Position numbers and translations under genes: made by a program. From contig JABMPU010000035.1 of NCBI GenBank assembly GCA_013203665.1, positions 113 to 64,112 of the forward strand: a stretch of 64,000 nt of DNA. Reading direction: 5' to 3'. Below the pieces are notes generated by a model. It was not told where the DNA came from and ran no database searches. It worked only from the letters and a program-made list of their open reading frames with translations. Shown one piece after another: positions 17,871 to 26,051 of the stretch (the first letter of the stretch is position 1; the number at the start of each line of letters is the position of its first letter). The stretch comes from Armatimonadota bacterium. GTDB taxonomy: Bacteria > Cloacimonadota > Cloacimonadia > Cloacimonadales > TCS61.

Positions 17871-18299
17871 TTACTTGTAAAATCGGAGTATACGGGAATA
17901 AGAGGGCATACAGCTTCCACTGGTAAGTTCGAAATCAATGCTGGTATCATCTAATATCTCGATATCATAGATGTGTAGGGTATGATAAAAACCAGGTTTG
18001 CGAGCCAATGCGTTATAGATTCCAGGTTCCAGGTCATTGATGAAATAATAGCCGTTTTCATCGGTATAAACGTTTACGCCACCTCCACAGCCACCACCGT
18101 TGCCACCTCCACAACCGCCACCGTTGCCACCTCCACAACCGCCACCGTTGCCACCACCTTCAGTATAGACGAATCGTACTGTAGCGCCTTCGATTGCTTC
18201 ACCAGTATCTACATCCGTAACATAACCGTCCACTGTTAAAGCAAACATCACTGTTGCAGATATTACTATCATTGCAAATAACATCATTGTTTTTTTCAT
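17871..18299 (-). CDS. Small secreted CarboxypepD_reg-like protein with an internal (GGGNGGGC)x3 Gly/Cys tract
   Basis: A signal peptide is followed by VDGYVTDVDTGEAIEGATVRF...TDENGYYFINDLEPGIYNALARKPGF (CarboxypepD_reg pattern). The domain is interrupted by GGGNGGGCGGGNGGGCGGGNGGGCGGG. Confidence 0.7.
   Translation of the reverse strand: MKKTMMLFAMIVISATVMFALTVDGYVTDVDTGEAIEGATVRFVYTEGGGNGGGCGGGNGGGCGGGNGGGCGGGVNVYTDENGYYFINDLEPGIYNALARKPGFYHTLHIYDIEILDDTSIDFELTSGSCMPSYSRILRFYK
18087..18158. repeat. Three tandem 24-bp units encoding the GGGNGGGC repeats
   Basis: Units at 18087-18110, 18111-18134 and 18135-18158 read acaaccgccaccgttgccacctcc. The outer two differ from the middle unit by 2 and 1 nt. 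Confidence 0.9.
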
Positions 18300-18369
18300 T
18301 TCTGCTCCCTTTATTTTTTTTTACATTATATGATTTTCGTCATGTTTTCACTTTTGATCCACTGTGATC

Positions 18370-18398
18370 TTATAAATTCCACAGCTATTATATGTCAA
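18370..18398 (-). promoter_or_regulatory. Candidate sigma70-type promoter for the 17871-18299 gene
   Basis: The minus strand reads TTGACA (18398-18393), 17 nt, TTATAA (18375-18370). The -35 overlaps the end of the 79-nt repeat copy A. Confidence 0.4.
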
Positions 18399-18474
18399 GT
18401 TATTACCTTGTTAAAGTTTGTTCGGGTACTATAAAAACTTGATTTAAGCTTCTCTTTATGCGGCAGTTACCGGA
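18396..18474. repeat. 79-nt direct repeat, copy A
   Basis: caagttattaccttgttaaagtttgttcgggtactataaaaacttgatttaagcttctctttatgcggcagttaccgga matches 19212-19290 at 70 of 79 positions by hand alignment. The first 20 nt recur at 22632-22651. Confidence 0.9.
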
Positions 18475-18593
18475 CTCTGTAATGGTTGGTGTTGGCAGTG
18501 TCAAACATTGCGAAGGTTGAACTGAGATTCAGATCAGATAAGAAAATAGAAAAATGTGGGAATTTTAGAAACCCCCACATTTTGATAATGAGA

Positions 18594-18767
18594 TCATTTT
18601 TTTTCTTCAGGGCAGCAATTCTCGGGCACTTCATCGCAGCATTTTTCATCTGTGCAGCAATTTGTGATCATTTCTTTGCATTTACCTTTGATGTCTTTGC
18701 CAGTGATTTCGATGCGGTATCCATCTTTGATCTCAGTTACTTTCATGTTACAGCAATCTTGTTTCAT
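18594..18767 (-). CDS. Unannotated 57-aa cysteine-rich protein (five Cys-Cys pairs plus a single Cys); possible metallothionein-like metal-binding peptide
   Basis: It is absent from the ORF track because it is shorter than 60 aa. The ATG at 18767 is preceded by aggaggtgtgaag (AGGAGG, 7-nt spacer). The translation is MKQDCCNMKVTEIKDGYRIEITGKDIKGKCKEMITNCCTDEKCCDEVPENCCPEEKK, ending at TGA 18594-18596. It lies 64 nt downstream of the ArsR-family gene on the same strand. Confidence 0.6.
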   Translation of the reverse strand: MKQDCCNMKVTEIKDGYRIEITGKDIKGKCKEMITNCCTDEKCCDEVPENCCPEEKK

Positions 18768-18831
18768 CTTCACACCTCCTTTTTAGATTTTGATACATTT
18801 AAATATATCTATATGTTTGTTTAAAAAAATA

Positions 18832-19113
18832 TTACTGCTTTTCTACATTTTCAAAATTCCCCATGAAATCAGTGCAGCAGGATGACACACATATTTTATT
18901 TAATGAATAATATACTTCTTTCCCATCTTTCCTATTTTTAACGATTCTGGCATTTTTTAAAATGTTCAAATGGTGTGAAATAGAGGGTTGTTTCATATCA
19001 AAGTGTTTACAGATATCAGAAACACACATTTCTTTTTTTGATATCAACTTCATAATTTGGATCCGGGTTGGATCCGCCACTGCTTTAAAAAACGTTTGGC
19101 AATCAAATTCCAT
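18832..19113 (-). CDS. ArsR/SmtB-family metal-responsive transcriptional repressor
   Basis: The wHTH pattern is FKAVADPTRIQIMKLISKKEMCVSDICKHFDMKQPSISHHLNILKNARIV..RKDGKEVYYSLN. Cysteines occur at the alpha3 position (CVSDIC) and in the C-terminal tail (CVSSCC). Confidence 0.9.
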   Translation of the reverse strand: MEFDCQTFFKAVADPTRIQIMKLISKKEMCVSDICKHFDMKQPSISHHLNILKNARIVKNRKDGKEVYYSLNKICVSSCCTDFMGNFENVEKQ

Positions 19114-19128
19114 GAATTTCCCTTTAAC

Positions 19129-19180
19129 ACATATAGAAATATGTCTATGTGATATAATAATCCAAAAATTGTTAATGTCA
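19129..19180 (-). promoter_or_regulatory. Candidate arsR promoter with a palindromic operator
   Basis: The minus strand reads TTGACA (19180-19175), 17 nt, ATTATA (19157-19152). Between the -10 and the ATG lies the palindrome ACATAT-agaa-ATATGT (19129-19144), nested inside CACATA...TATGTG. Confidence 0.45.
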
Positions 19181-19211
19181 AATTTTTTATTTTGTCGGCA
19201 GAGTTCTTTGC

Positions 19212-19290
19212 CAAGTTATTACCTTGTTAAAGTTTGTTCGAGCACTATAGAATCTTGAGTTAAGCCTCCCTTTATCCGGCAGTTGCCGGA
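19212..19290. repeat. 79-nt direct repeat, copy B
   Basis: caagttattaccttgttaaagtttgttcgagcactatagaatcttgagttaagcctccctttatccggcagttgccgga. It contains the 8+2+8 palindrome atccggca-gt-tgccggat. Confidence 0.9.
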
Positions 19291-19430
19291 TGAAGGAGCA
19301 AAAAAAATCCCGAGTCGAGCTTTTGATCTTTTCCCGGGATTTTCTTGAATTCTTATCTCGTTCAGGAGAGATAGAGTAACATCATTTCATTAAGTCCTGT
19401 CCTGTGAAATGGGTGAGTCTATTTCATCAG

Positions 19431-19463
19431 GAAAGAAAAAGTTGCCCCGAATTTTTCCGGGGC
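19431..19463 (-). terminator. Rho-independent terminator after the 19473-21188 gene
   Basis: The minus strand reads GCCCCG-gaaaaatt-CGGGGC followed by aactttttcttt, starting 10 nt after the stop codon. Confidence 0.7.
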
Positions 19464-19472
19464 GAAATTTTC

Positions 19473-21188
19473 TTATTTCATCAGGATCATTTTCTTAGTA
19501 GAAGAATATTTTCCAGCATCCATCTTGTAGAAATAAACACCGCTGGAAACAGTTTCGCCGCTGTCATCTTTTCCATTCCAAACAACCGAATACTGTCCTG
19601 CTGATAGCTGTTCACTGACAAGCTGCTTCACTTTCTGGCCGTTTATATTGTAGATATTGATCTCTGTATTCTCCGTGAGCTCTGTGGTTGAAAAAGAGAT
19701 TATTGTTTCAGGATTGAAGGGGTTTGGATAGTTCCGCAAATTGAAGCCAGCAATTTCCGGATGTAAATTTTCTTCAACTCCAATAACCTGAGGTCCTAAA
19801 GTTCCATCAAGATTTATATTCTGAGCATAAATATCACCATTATCAATACGACGATCTTCCCATACCGCTATCCATTGGTTATTAAAATAGTGGCTGACTA
19901 CATTATGCAGCTTTTCACTCGCAACAGAAGAGAGTGTAATATAACCATCATCCCAGACAAAAGCACCGTCAGGATCAATCATCATTGCTTTGATCTGGTT
20001 ATTAACAGGGCTTAAATTTTCTTTATAAAAAACTACTATATCAGATTCAGTGCTTCTTGTTGCAATTGGTAATACGTCTGTTGCTGTGAGATGTATAAAT
20101 GCCATGCCATTATCTGTCCAAAGTCTATCGCCTGTATTAGAAATTTTCTGACCGTAAATTCCTCTCTGATTCTGTCCTCCATCCATTTCATTCCAGAAAA
20201 CAAAAACATCAGTTGAATTTTCCGGGAAAGCTATTTCCGGATAAAAATGGTTTCTACCTGTCATTAGAGAAACTTCCAGACCATTATTGGGGAAAAGTGT
20301 TTGCCCATCGGCATCTACATGCTGGATAAAACTATCTTCTAACATATTGTTATCACGATCATCATCCCAGGCAATGAAAAATCCACTATTTCTATCACTG
20401 ACCATAGGAAATATCTGGTTCCAGACAGAGATTCCTCCTGCATTGGAAATAACCGTATTATCAGCCCAGAGGGGATTACCATCCGCATCAAACCTTTGAG
20501 CATATACATGACGGGTCGTCATGGGAAACATTCCTGAATCTTCGAAAAATTTCATGATTACATCATCTGTACCAACTGGAAGAAGTTGAGGCCAGGAATA
20601 TGTATTAGCACAAGTTAGCGTTATTCCATTATCTCCCCAGAGCAGAGTGCCGTCAGGAGCAATTTTCTGCATTATAATAACATCATCTGCCTGCCAGGCA
20701 ATAACTGCATTTCCTATACCTGTAACAGCAACTTTTGGTGATACATCAAAGGCAACACTGTTAGAAAGTTCCAATCCATCAACACCCCAAATAAATTCAC
20801 CAGACGGAGATATACGATAAACATAAACATTGTTGTTACCTCCGTTTCTGATATCCTGAAAAGTTAAAATTGCATGATTTGCTCCATCCACAGTCATATC
20901 CCAATCTGTAAGCCAAGTCATTGATGGATGATTGCTGATAAGAATACCGTTATGTTCCCAGAGTTCATTTCCATCAGAATCGAATCTTTGCAGACGAACA
21001 TCATAGTTTCCGGTTTCATTGGAGAACCAACCGATGTAAGTATCTCCTTCAGTGCTTGTTGCTGTTTTTGGAACCGCTTGTGAACCTGCCAGATCACATA
21101 CCGCTGTATTAACAGCAGGATCATTGCCCCATTGTGAATTTAACAAATATGGAACAAGGATAATTAAAACCAATAAAATCTTTTTCAT
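19473..21188 (-). CDS. Secreted repeat (beta-propeller-like) protein with a T9SS C-terminal sorting domain
   Basis: It has a signal peptide. It carries repeated D(A/S)DGN.LW..NG / DGT.LWG.NG units. The C-terminus reads NYPNPFNPETIISF...INIYNINGQKVKQL...YSVVWNGKDDSGETVSSGVYFYKM. Confidence 0.75.
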   Translation of the reverse strand: MKKILLVLIILVPYLLNSQWGNDPAVNTAVCDLAGSQAVPKTATSTEGDTYIGWFSNETGNYDVRLQRFDSDGNELWEHNGILISNHPSMTWLTDWDMTVDGANHAILTFQDIRNGGNNNVYVYRISPSGEFIWGVDGLELSNSVAFDVSPKVAVTGIGNAVIAWQADDVIIMQKIAPDGTLLWGDNGITLTCANTYSWPQLLPVGTDDVIMKFFEDSGMFPMTTRHVYAQRFDADGNPLWADNTVISNAGGISVWNQIFPMVSDRNSGFFIAWDDDRDNNMLEDSFIQHVDADGQTLFPNNGLEVSLMTGRNHFYPEIAFPENSTDVFVFWNEMDGGQNQRGIYGQKISNTGDRLWTDNGMAFIHLTATDVLPIATRSTESDIVVFYKENLSPVNNQIKAMMIDPDGAFVWDDGYITLSSVASEKLHNVVSHYFNNQWIAVWEDRRIDNGDIYAQNINLDGTLGPQVIGVEENLHPEIAGFNLRNYPNPFNPETIISFSTTELTENTEINIYNINGQKVKQLVSEQLSAGQYSVVWNGKDDSGETVSSGVYFYKMDAGKYSSTKKMILMK

Positions 21189-21627
21189 AATTTTCTCCTT
21201 AAAAAATTATTAATGCTGTTTACGATTAAATTTAAAAAACCTAAGTTTTCACTGTTAAAATTAATAACAGATTTCGAAATTAACATTAATTATTTAGTTA
21301 GAATGATAATCACTAAAAAAGAATGTGAATTTATTTCAACAATATCATTCTCCTAACTTTCTGAAAACCACCTGCTTTCCCCGATGAATCGGGATACAAG
21401 CACAATTTCTAGTAATCTGCTTCTGATGAAACAGGATTTTTTTTTCATCTGTTCTCGCTTTTTCCATTTTTCAAATTAATAAAAAAATTTGATTACTTAA
21501 AAAAATTCATTTTTTTGCGGATGTGTGTTGATTAATATAATTCAACTTAAATCCAGATTTACTGCCGCCACTGAAAGTTTTATAACTCTGCCCTCATTGC
21601 TTCCTCCTTTTCATTTTTTTTCTCCTT

Positions 21628-22419
21628 TTATTTTTTGGAATATTCTTGTAGTGTAACTCCTTCATTCCAATATAATTCGAAAGTACGTTTCAATAGTTTT
21701 GCCAGATCAGAGTGTTCGATCATCATGGCTGTGAACTGTGCTCCCTGCAATCCATGGTGTTGCAGAGTGAAAACTATGTAATGATCATCTATAATCAGCA
21801 TTTTCATTGGAAGTTTCTTCACAATACGAACTCTCTCTCCAACCTGTTCAAAATATTTTACTTTTTTAATGAATTCTTTCATGTTTCCTGTTTCAACTTC
21901 ATAAATGCACTTATGCTGAATACCTTTTTGAATACTGCAAATCTCTTCTTCGTTCTCATCCGGTTTCATGGCATAGGGAGGTTTATTGAAAACGAGTACG
22001 GATTCAGTTGCAGAACGAATCAATTGCATCACATTTTCATAGATGTTTTTGGTTGTACGCAATACTTTTACAAAATCGAGCGGATCATCATTTTCGATAT
22101 TATTTTGATAAAGATTTATCAAAGCAGGTGCCAAATTATCGATTGTATCACGGGTTTGTTCAACTTTTTCTTTGAAACGCGCGATTACAGTTTCCGGATC
22201 GACTGCACTGTATTTTTTCACGCTACCCAGCACTTCCGTACACATTCCTTTCTGAATAAGTTTGGATAGGATATCATACATCTGAGTACGATTTGTTTTG
22301 GCTGTCTTCGATATCTCTGTCGCTGTATAAAATTGCTTTTGAAGCAAAATGACATACACTTTTGCTTCTAGTTCATTCAAACCGAACTTGGTCAGTTCTG
22401 CAATCAAATTCTCCATCAC
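21628..22419 (-). CDS. TrmB-family transcriptional regulator
   Basis: The N-terminal wHTH reads LTKFGLNELEAKVYVILLQKQFYTATEISKTAKTNRTQMYDILSKLIQKGM. The C-terminal domain is TrmB-like. Confidence 0.8.
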   Translation of the reverse strand: MMENLIAELTKFGLNELEAKVYVILLQKQFYTATEISKTAKTNRTQMYDILSKLIQKGMCTEVLGSVKKYSAVDPETVIARFKEKVEQTRDTIDNLAPALINLYQNNIENDDPLDFVKVLRTTKNIYENVMQLIRSATESVLVFNKPPYAMKPDENEEEICSIQKGIQHKCIYEVETGNMKEFIKKVKYFEQVGERVRIVKKLPMKMLIIDDHYIVFTLQHHGLQGAQFTAMMIEHSDLAKLLKRTFELYWNEGVTLQEYSKK

Positions 22420-22440
22420 AACTCTCTTCGTTATATCGAT

Positions 22441-22477
22441 GACGACAAAATTATCGTCACTGAGGAGACGACAAAAA
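22441..22477. promoter_or_regulatory. Candidate operator in the trmB 5' region
   Basis: An inverted repeat TGACGA-caaaatta-TCGTCA lies at 22441-22460. A direct 10-nt repeat gacgacaaaa lies at 22442-22451 and 22468-22477. Both start 22 nt upstream of the trmB ATG. Confidence 0.3.
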
Positions 22478-22833
22478 AAATGCCGAAAATTGTGTCAAAC
22501 ACTTTTTTAAAATGTTTAATTTGAAAGATAAATATATTATGGAAACTAACATTAATATTAAATTTCTGACATTTTAGAAGTCATAAGGAAAGTGAAAAAA
22601 TTGTTTATTTTGCCAACAGGGAAATATATACCAAGTTATTATCTTGTTAAATGATTTTATTAAATTTTTTCGGAGCATATTTCCTTTATTTTCTTACTTG
22701 ACTAAAATGTATATTCAAAAAGTTATATAAAATAAAGAAGACTGGATAATCCAGATGGCTGAATTCTGAGAGAAAGTGGATTCTTAGGAGTCGAAGAATC
22801 CGGATTTACGAATAGACTCTAAAAGGAATAGCT

Positions 22834-24075
22834 ATGAGAATCAAAATCCCTTATGAAGATGATATTTTGGCAGTGGATGTGGATAAAAAACATATTGCAG
22901 GAATTATTAAACTCCCAAAGATAAAAGACGTAAATGAAGAGTTTTTGATAGGCAAAGCTATAAAAAATCCGGTTAATTCGAAAGGTTTCAAAGAATTTTT
23001 ATCAGGAACAAAAGAGATACTGGTCATTGTAAATGATGCAACCCGCAGCACTCCCACAGAAAAAGTTCTGGATGTTATTTATGAATATCTGAAAGAGAAA
23101 AAAGTGAAATTACTGGTTAGCACAGGAGCACATAAAAAACCAACAGAAAAAGATTTTTTCAAGATTTTTGGAAAATATCACGAAATTTATAAAAATCAAA
23201 TTAATGTTCATGATGCAAAAAAAAGTGAATTTATAAATCTGGGAACAACCGGTTTTGGAACAAAAGTCTTGATAAATCAAATAGCTCTTAAATCTGAAAA
23301 GATAATAACCATCGGTTCGGTTGAACCGCATTATTTTGCGGGGTTTACAGGAGGTAGAAAGTTTTTTCTACCGGGGATTTCAGCCTACAGAAGCATTGAG
23401 CAGAATCATAAATTATCATTGAGTCCGCGTTCAAAAGTTCTTGCTCTCAAGGGAAATCCTGTTCACGAAGATATGTTGGAAGCTTTAACAAAATTCGATA
23501 AGGAAATTTTCTCAATCCAGACGATTATGGGTGAAGAAGAGAGAGTTTGTCATGCTTCTGCAGGAAACATTTATAATTCTTTTATCCAATCAGTAAATTT
23601 TGCAAAAAAGTTTTATACTTTTGAAATGACAGGCAAAGTGGATATTATAGTGGCTGTAATGAGAAAACCTTATTCCAGGGATTTTTATCAATCACATAAG
23701 GGTCTGGAAAATTGTAAATCTGTTTTGAAAAAAGATGGAATTTTTATAATGGTTTCAAAATGTTACGATGGAATCGGAAAACAGGCTTATTTTAATCTTT
23801 TAAAATCCTGGGAATCACCTTTTGATACTTTGGAAAATATCGACAAAAATTATAAATTAGGTTATCATATTGCCATAAAAATGGTTGAGTTTCAAAGGAA
23901 TAATAAATTCTGGATTATTTCTGATATACCTTCAAAAACTTTGGAAAAAATGTTTATCCAAAAGAATTACAGCATTCAGGAAGCAATTGATAAGGCAGTC
24001 CACGTAAAAGGAGAATCAGCGAAAATTTTATTCAATCTTAATGCTGGCAATATAGTCCCACAAATAAAGAATTGA
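22834..24075 (+). CDS. LarA-family (DUF2088) nickel-pincer-dependent 2-hydroxyacid racemase/epimerase homologue
   Basis: LarA-like motifs are present: VIVNDATRSTPT, STGAHKKPT and GSVEPHYFAGFTGGRKFFLPG, with NHKL and GNPVHEDM downstream. Confidence 0.75.
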   Translation: MRIKIPYEDDILAVDVDKKHIAGIIKLPKIKDVNEEFLIGKAIKNPVNSKGFKEFLSGTKEILVIVNDATRSTPTEKVLDVIYEYLKEKKVKLLVSTGAHKKPTEKDFFKIFGKYHEIYKNQINVHDAKKSEFINLGTTGFGTKVLINQIALKSEKIITIGSVEPHYFAGFTGGRKFFLPGISAYRSIEQNHKLSLSPRSKVLALKGNPVHEDMLEALTKFDKEIFSIQTIMGEEERVCHASAGNIYNSFIQSVNFAKKFYTFEMTGKVDIIVAVMRKPYSRDFYQSHKGLENCKSVLKKDGIFIMVSKCYDGIGKQAYFNLLKSWESPFDTLENIDKNYKLGYHIAIKMVEFQRNNKFWIISDIPSKTLEKMFIQKNYSIQEAIDKAVHVKGESAKILFNLNAGNIVPQIKN

Positions 24076-24167
24076 GCGGAACAGGTATCTTTTTTCTTTA
24101 CACTTTTCAGTAATTTTTATTTCTTACGCAAATATTATCAGAAGAAAATTCATGGTCGGGAGATGGT

Positions 24168-25724
24168 ATGAAAGTTTCAGAAAAAATTGAAAATTTGAAA
24201 GAGAAAAGAGCTGAAATCAAAAAAATGGGTGGAGAAGCCCGTATAGCTAAACAACACGAAAAGAATAAATTAACTGCACGTGAAAGAATAAACTTGCTTT
24301 TCGATGAAGCCACATTCCAGGAAATCGATATGTTCGTAAAACACCGTTCTACCAATTTCAATTTACCGGATTTAGATATTCCTGCTGACGGCGTAGTGAC
24401 AGGTCACGGTCTGGTTCATGGCAGACCTGTTTTTGCTTATGCTCAGGACTTTACCTGCAGAGGTGGCTCTCTGGGAGAAAAGCATGCAGAGAAGATCGTA
24501 AAGGTGATGGATCTGGCAATGAAAGCGGGAGTTCCCATCATAGGAATGAACGATTCCGGTGGTGCTCGTGTGGAAGAAGGAATCGATTCCTTAAAAGGTT
24601 ATGGTGATATTTTCTTCCGCAATTCCAGGGCTTCCGGCGTGATCCCTCAAATATCTGCAATTATGGGACCCACAGCAGGTGGAGCTGTTTACTCTCCTGC
24701 AATGACGGATTTTGTGTTCATGGTGAAAAAAAGCGGTTATATGTTCATTACCGGACCCAGCGTCATCAAAGCCGTAACAGGAGAGGAAACCACTTTTGAA
24801 GAACTTGGTGGTGCAATGACCAATAATACCAAAAGCGGAAATGCTCATTTTGCCTGCGAAAGCGATGAAGATGCAATCGACAAGATCAAAATCCTGCTCA
24901 GTTATCTTCCCAATAATAATCTTGAAGACCCTCCTTATGTTCCCATGGGAGACGATCCGCACAGGTTGTGTCCTGAACTGGATACAATTATTCCGGATAA
25001 TCCCAAAGCCGGTTATGATATGAAGGATGTTATTCATGCAGTTGTTGATAACGGCGAGTTTTTTGAACCTCACGAATTCTTTGCTGAAAATGCTGTAATT
25101 GGATTTGGCAGATTAAATGGGAAAACAGTGGGTTTTATTGCTAATCAACCCATGGTTCTGGCTGGTTGTCTGGATATCGATGCTTCAGATAAGATTGCAC
25201 GTTTTATCAGGTTCTGTGATGCCTTCAATATACCGCTTGTAACTTTCGTGGATGTACCAGGCTACCTTCCCGGCACAGACCAGGAATGGAATGGAGTTAT
25301 CCGTCACGGAGCCAAAATTCTTTGGAGCTATTCGGAAGCTACTGTTCCCAAACTGACCGTAACTACACGTAAAAGTTATGGTGGTGCTTACATTGCCATG
25401 AGTTCTCAACATCTTGGTGCAGATATGCTTTTTGCCTGGCCTTCGGCAGAAATTGCTGTGATGGGTGCTCAAGGTGCGGTTAATATCGTGGGAAGTTATC
25501 GAAAAGAAATTAAAGCTGCAAAAGATCCTGAACTTAAACGTCAGGAAAAAATCGAAGAATATGAAGAGGCATTTAGTACGCCGTACATTGCAGCAGAACG
25601 AGGATATATAGACGCTGTGATCCAGCCAAGTGAAACCCGCAAAAAATTGATCGATGCTTTAGAAATAATGATGACAAAGAAGGAAGCACTTCCTCTGAAG
25701 AAACATGGGAATATTCCAGTATAG
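24168..25724 (+). CDS. Methylmalonyl-CoA carboxyltransferase 12S subunit / acyl-CoA carboxylase beta (carboxyltransferase)
   Basis: 518 aa with typical motifs: LTARERINLL, DFTCRGGSLGE, GMNDSGGARVEEGIDSLKGYGDIF, MGPTAGGAVYSPAMTDF and TRKSYGGAYIAM. Confidence 0.92.
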   Translation: MKVSEKIENLKEKRAEIKKMGGEARIAKQHEKNKLTARERINLLFDEATFQEIDMFVKHRSTNFNLPDLDIPADGVVTGHGLVHGRPVFAYAQDFTCRGGSLGEKHAEKIVKVMDLAMKAGVPIIGMNDSGGARVEEGIDSLKGYGDIFFRNSRASGVIPQISAIMGPTAGGAVYSPAMTDFVFMVKKSGYMFITGPSVIKAVTGEETTFEELGGAMTNNTKSGNAHFACESDEDAIDKIKILLSYLPNNNLEDPPYVPMGDDPHRLCPELDTIIPDNPKAGYDMKDVIHAVVDNGEFFEPHEFFAENAVIGFGRLNGKTVGFIANQPMVLAGCLDIDASDKIARFIRFCDAFNIPLVTFVDVPGYLPGTDQEWNGVIRHGAKILWSYSEATVPKLTVTTRKSYGGAYIAMSSQHLGADMLFAWPSAEIAVMGAQGAVNIVGSYRKEIKAAKDPELKRQEKIEEYEEAFSTPYIAAERGYIDAVIQPSETRKKLIDALEIMMTKKEALPLKKHGNIPV

Positions 25725-25880
25725 TCCTTTAATGCTTAAATTCCTGCATTATTTGGAAAAAAAATTTTCAGCAACTAACAAACGCTAACAATAACGAACT
25801 TTTATGTTTTTGTTAGATTTTGTTTGTTTTGTTCGTTGCTAATCTTTTTGGTTTCGGTTTAATCGAGTTAGGAGATATGA

Positions 25881-26045
25881 TTGGAAAAATCTAAGAAATT
25901 GAAAGCTGCAATTGCAGGTGTAATCTATTATCTGCAGGAAAAAGAAAGAGACGAAATTAAGAAACCAAATCTGTGGGTACAACTCGGACGTGAACTAATT
26001 ATGAAAAACCGTTTTCTGGTTCAAAGAAGAATGATAAGAAGATAG
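25881..26045 (+). CDS. Possible 54-aa small subunit/linker protein of the carboxylase complex (TTG start)
   Basis: TTG at 25881 has an aggag RBS 7 nt upstream. The translation is MEKSKKLKAAIAGVIYYLQEKERDEIKKPNLWVQLGRELIMKNRFLVQRRMIRR. The segment LKAAIAGVIYY resembles the (L)KPVIAAAIHHH-type C-terminal motif of OadG-like gamma subunits, recalled from memory. It is not in the ORF track (under 60 aa). Confidence 0.3.
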   Translation: MEKSKKLKAAIAGVIYYLQEKERDEIKKPNLWVQLGRELIMKNRFLVQRRMIRR

Positions 26046-26051
26046 GGAAAG

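Noticed and set aside
18486-18824. 112-aa plus-strand ORF and 60-aa minus-strand ORF (18467-18649) from the track
   Set aside because: The region is better explained by the 57-aa Cys-rich ORF at 18594-18767 on the minus strand, which has a canonical AGGAGG RBS and sits in operon position after arsR. The listed ORFs lack RBSs and have implausible compositions.
21712-22269. 185-aa ORF on the plus strand
   Set aside because: It is antisense to the TrmB-family regulator gene. The translation is Phe/Ile/Asn-rich with no domain pattern.
24591-25073. 160-aa ORF on the minus strand (and 25185-25472, 95 aa)
   Set aside because: Both are antisense shadows inside the highly conserved 12S carboxyltransferase gene.
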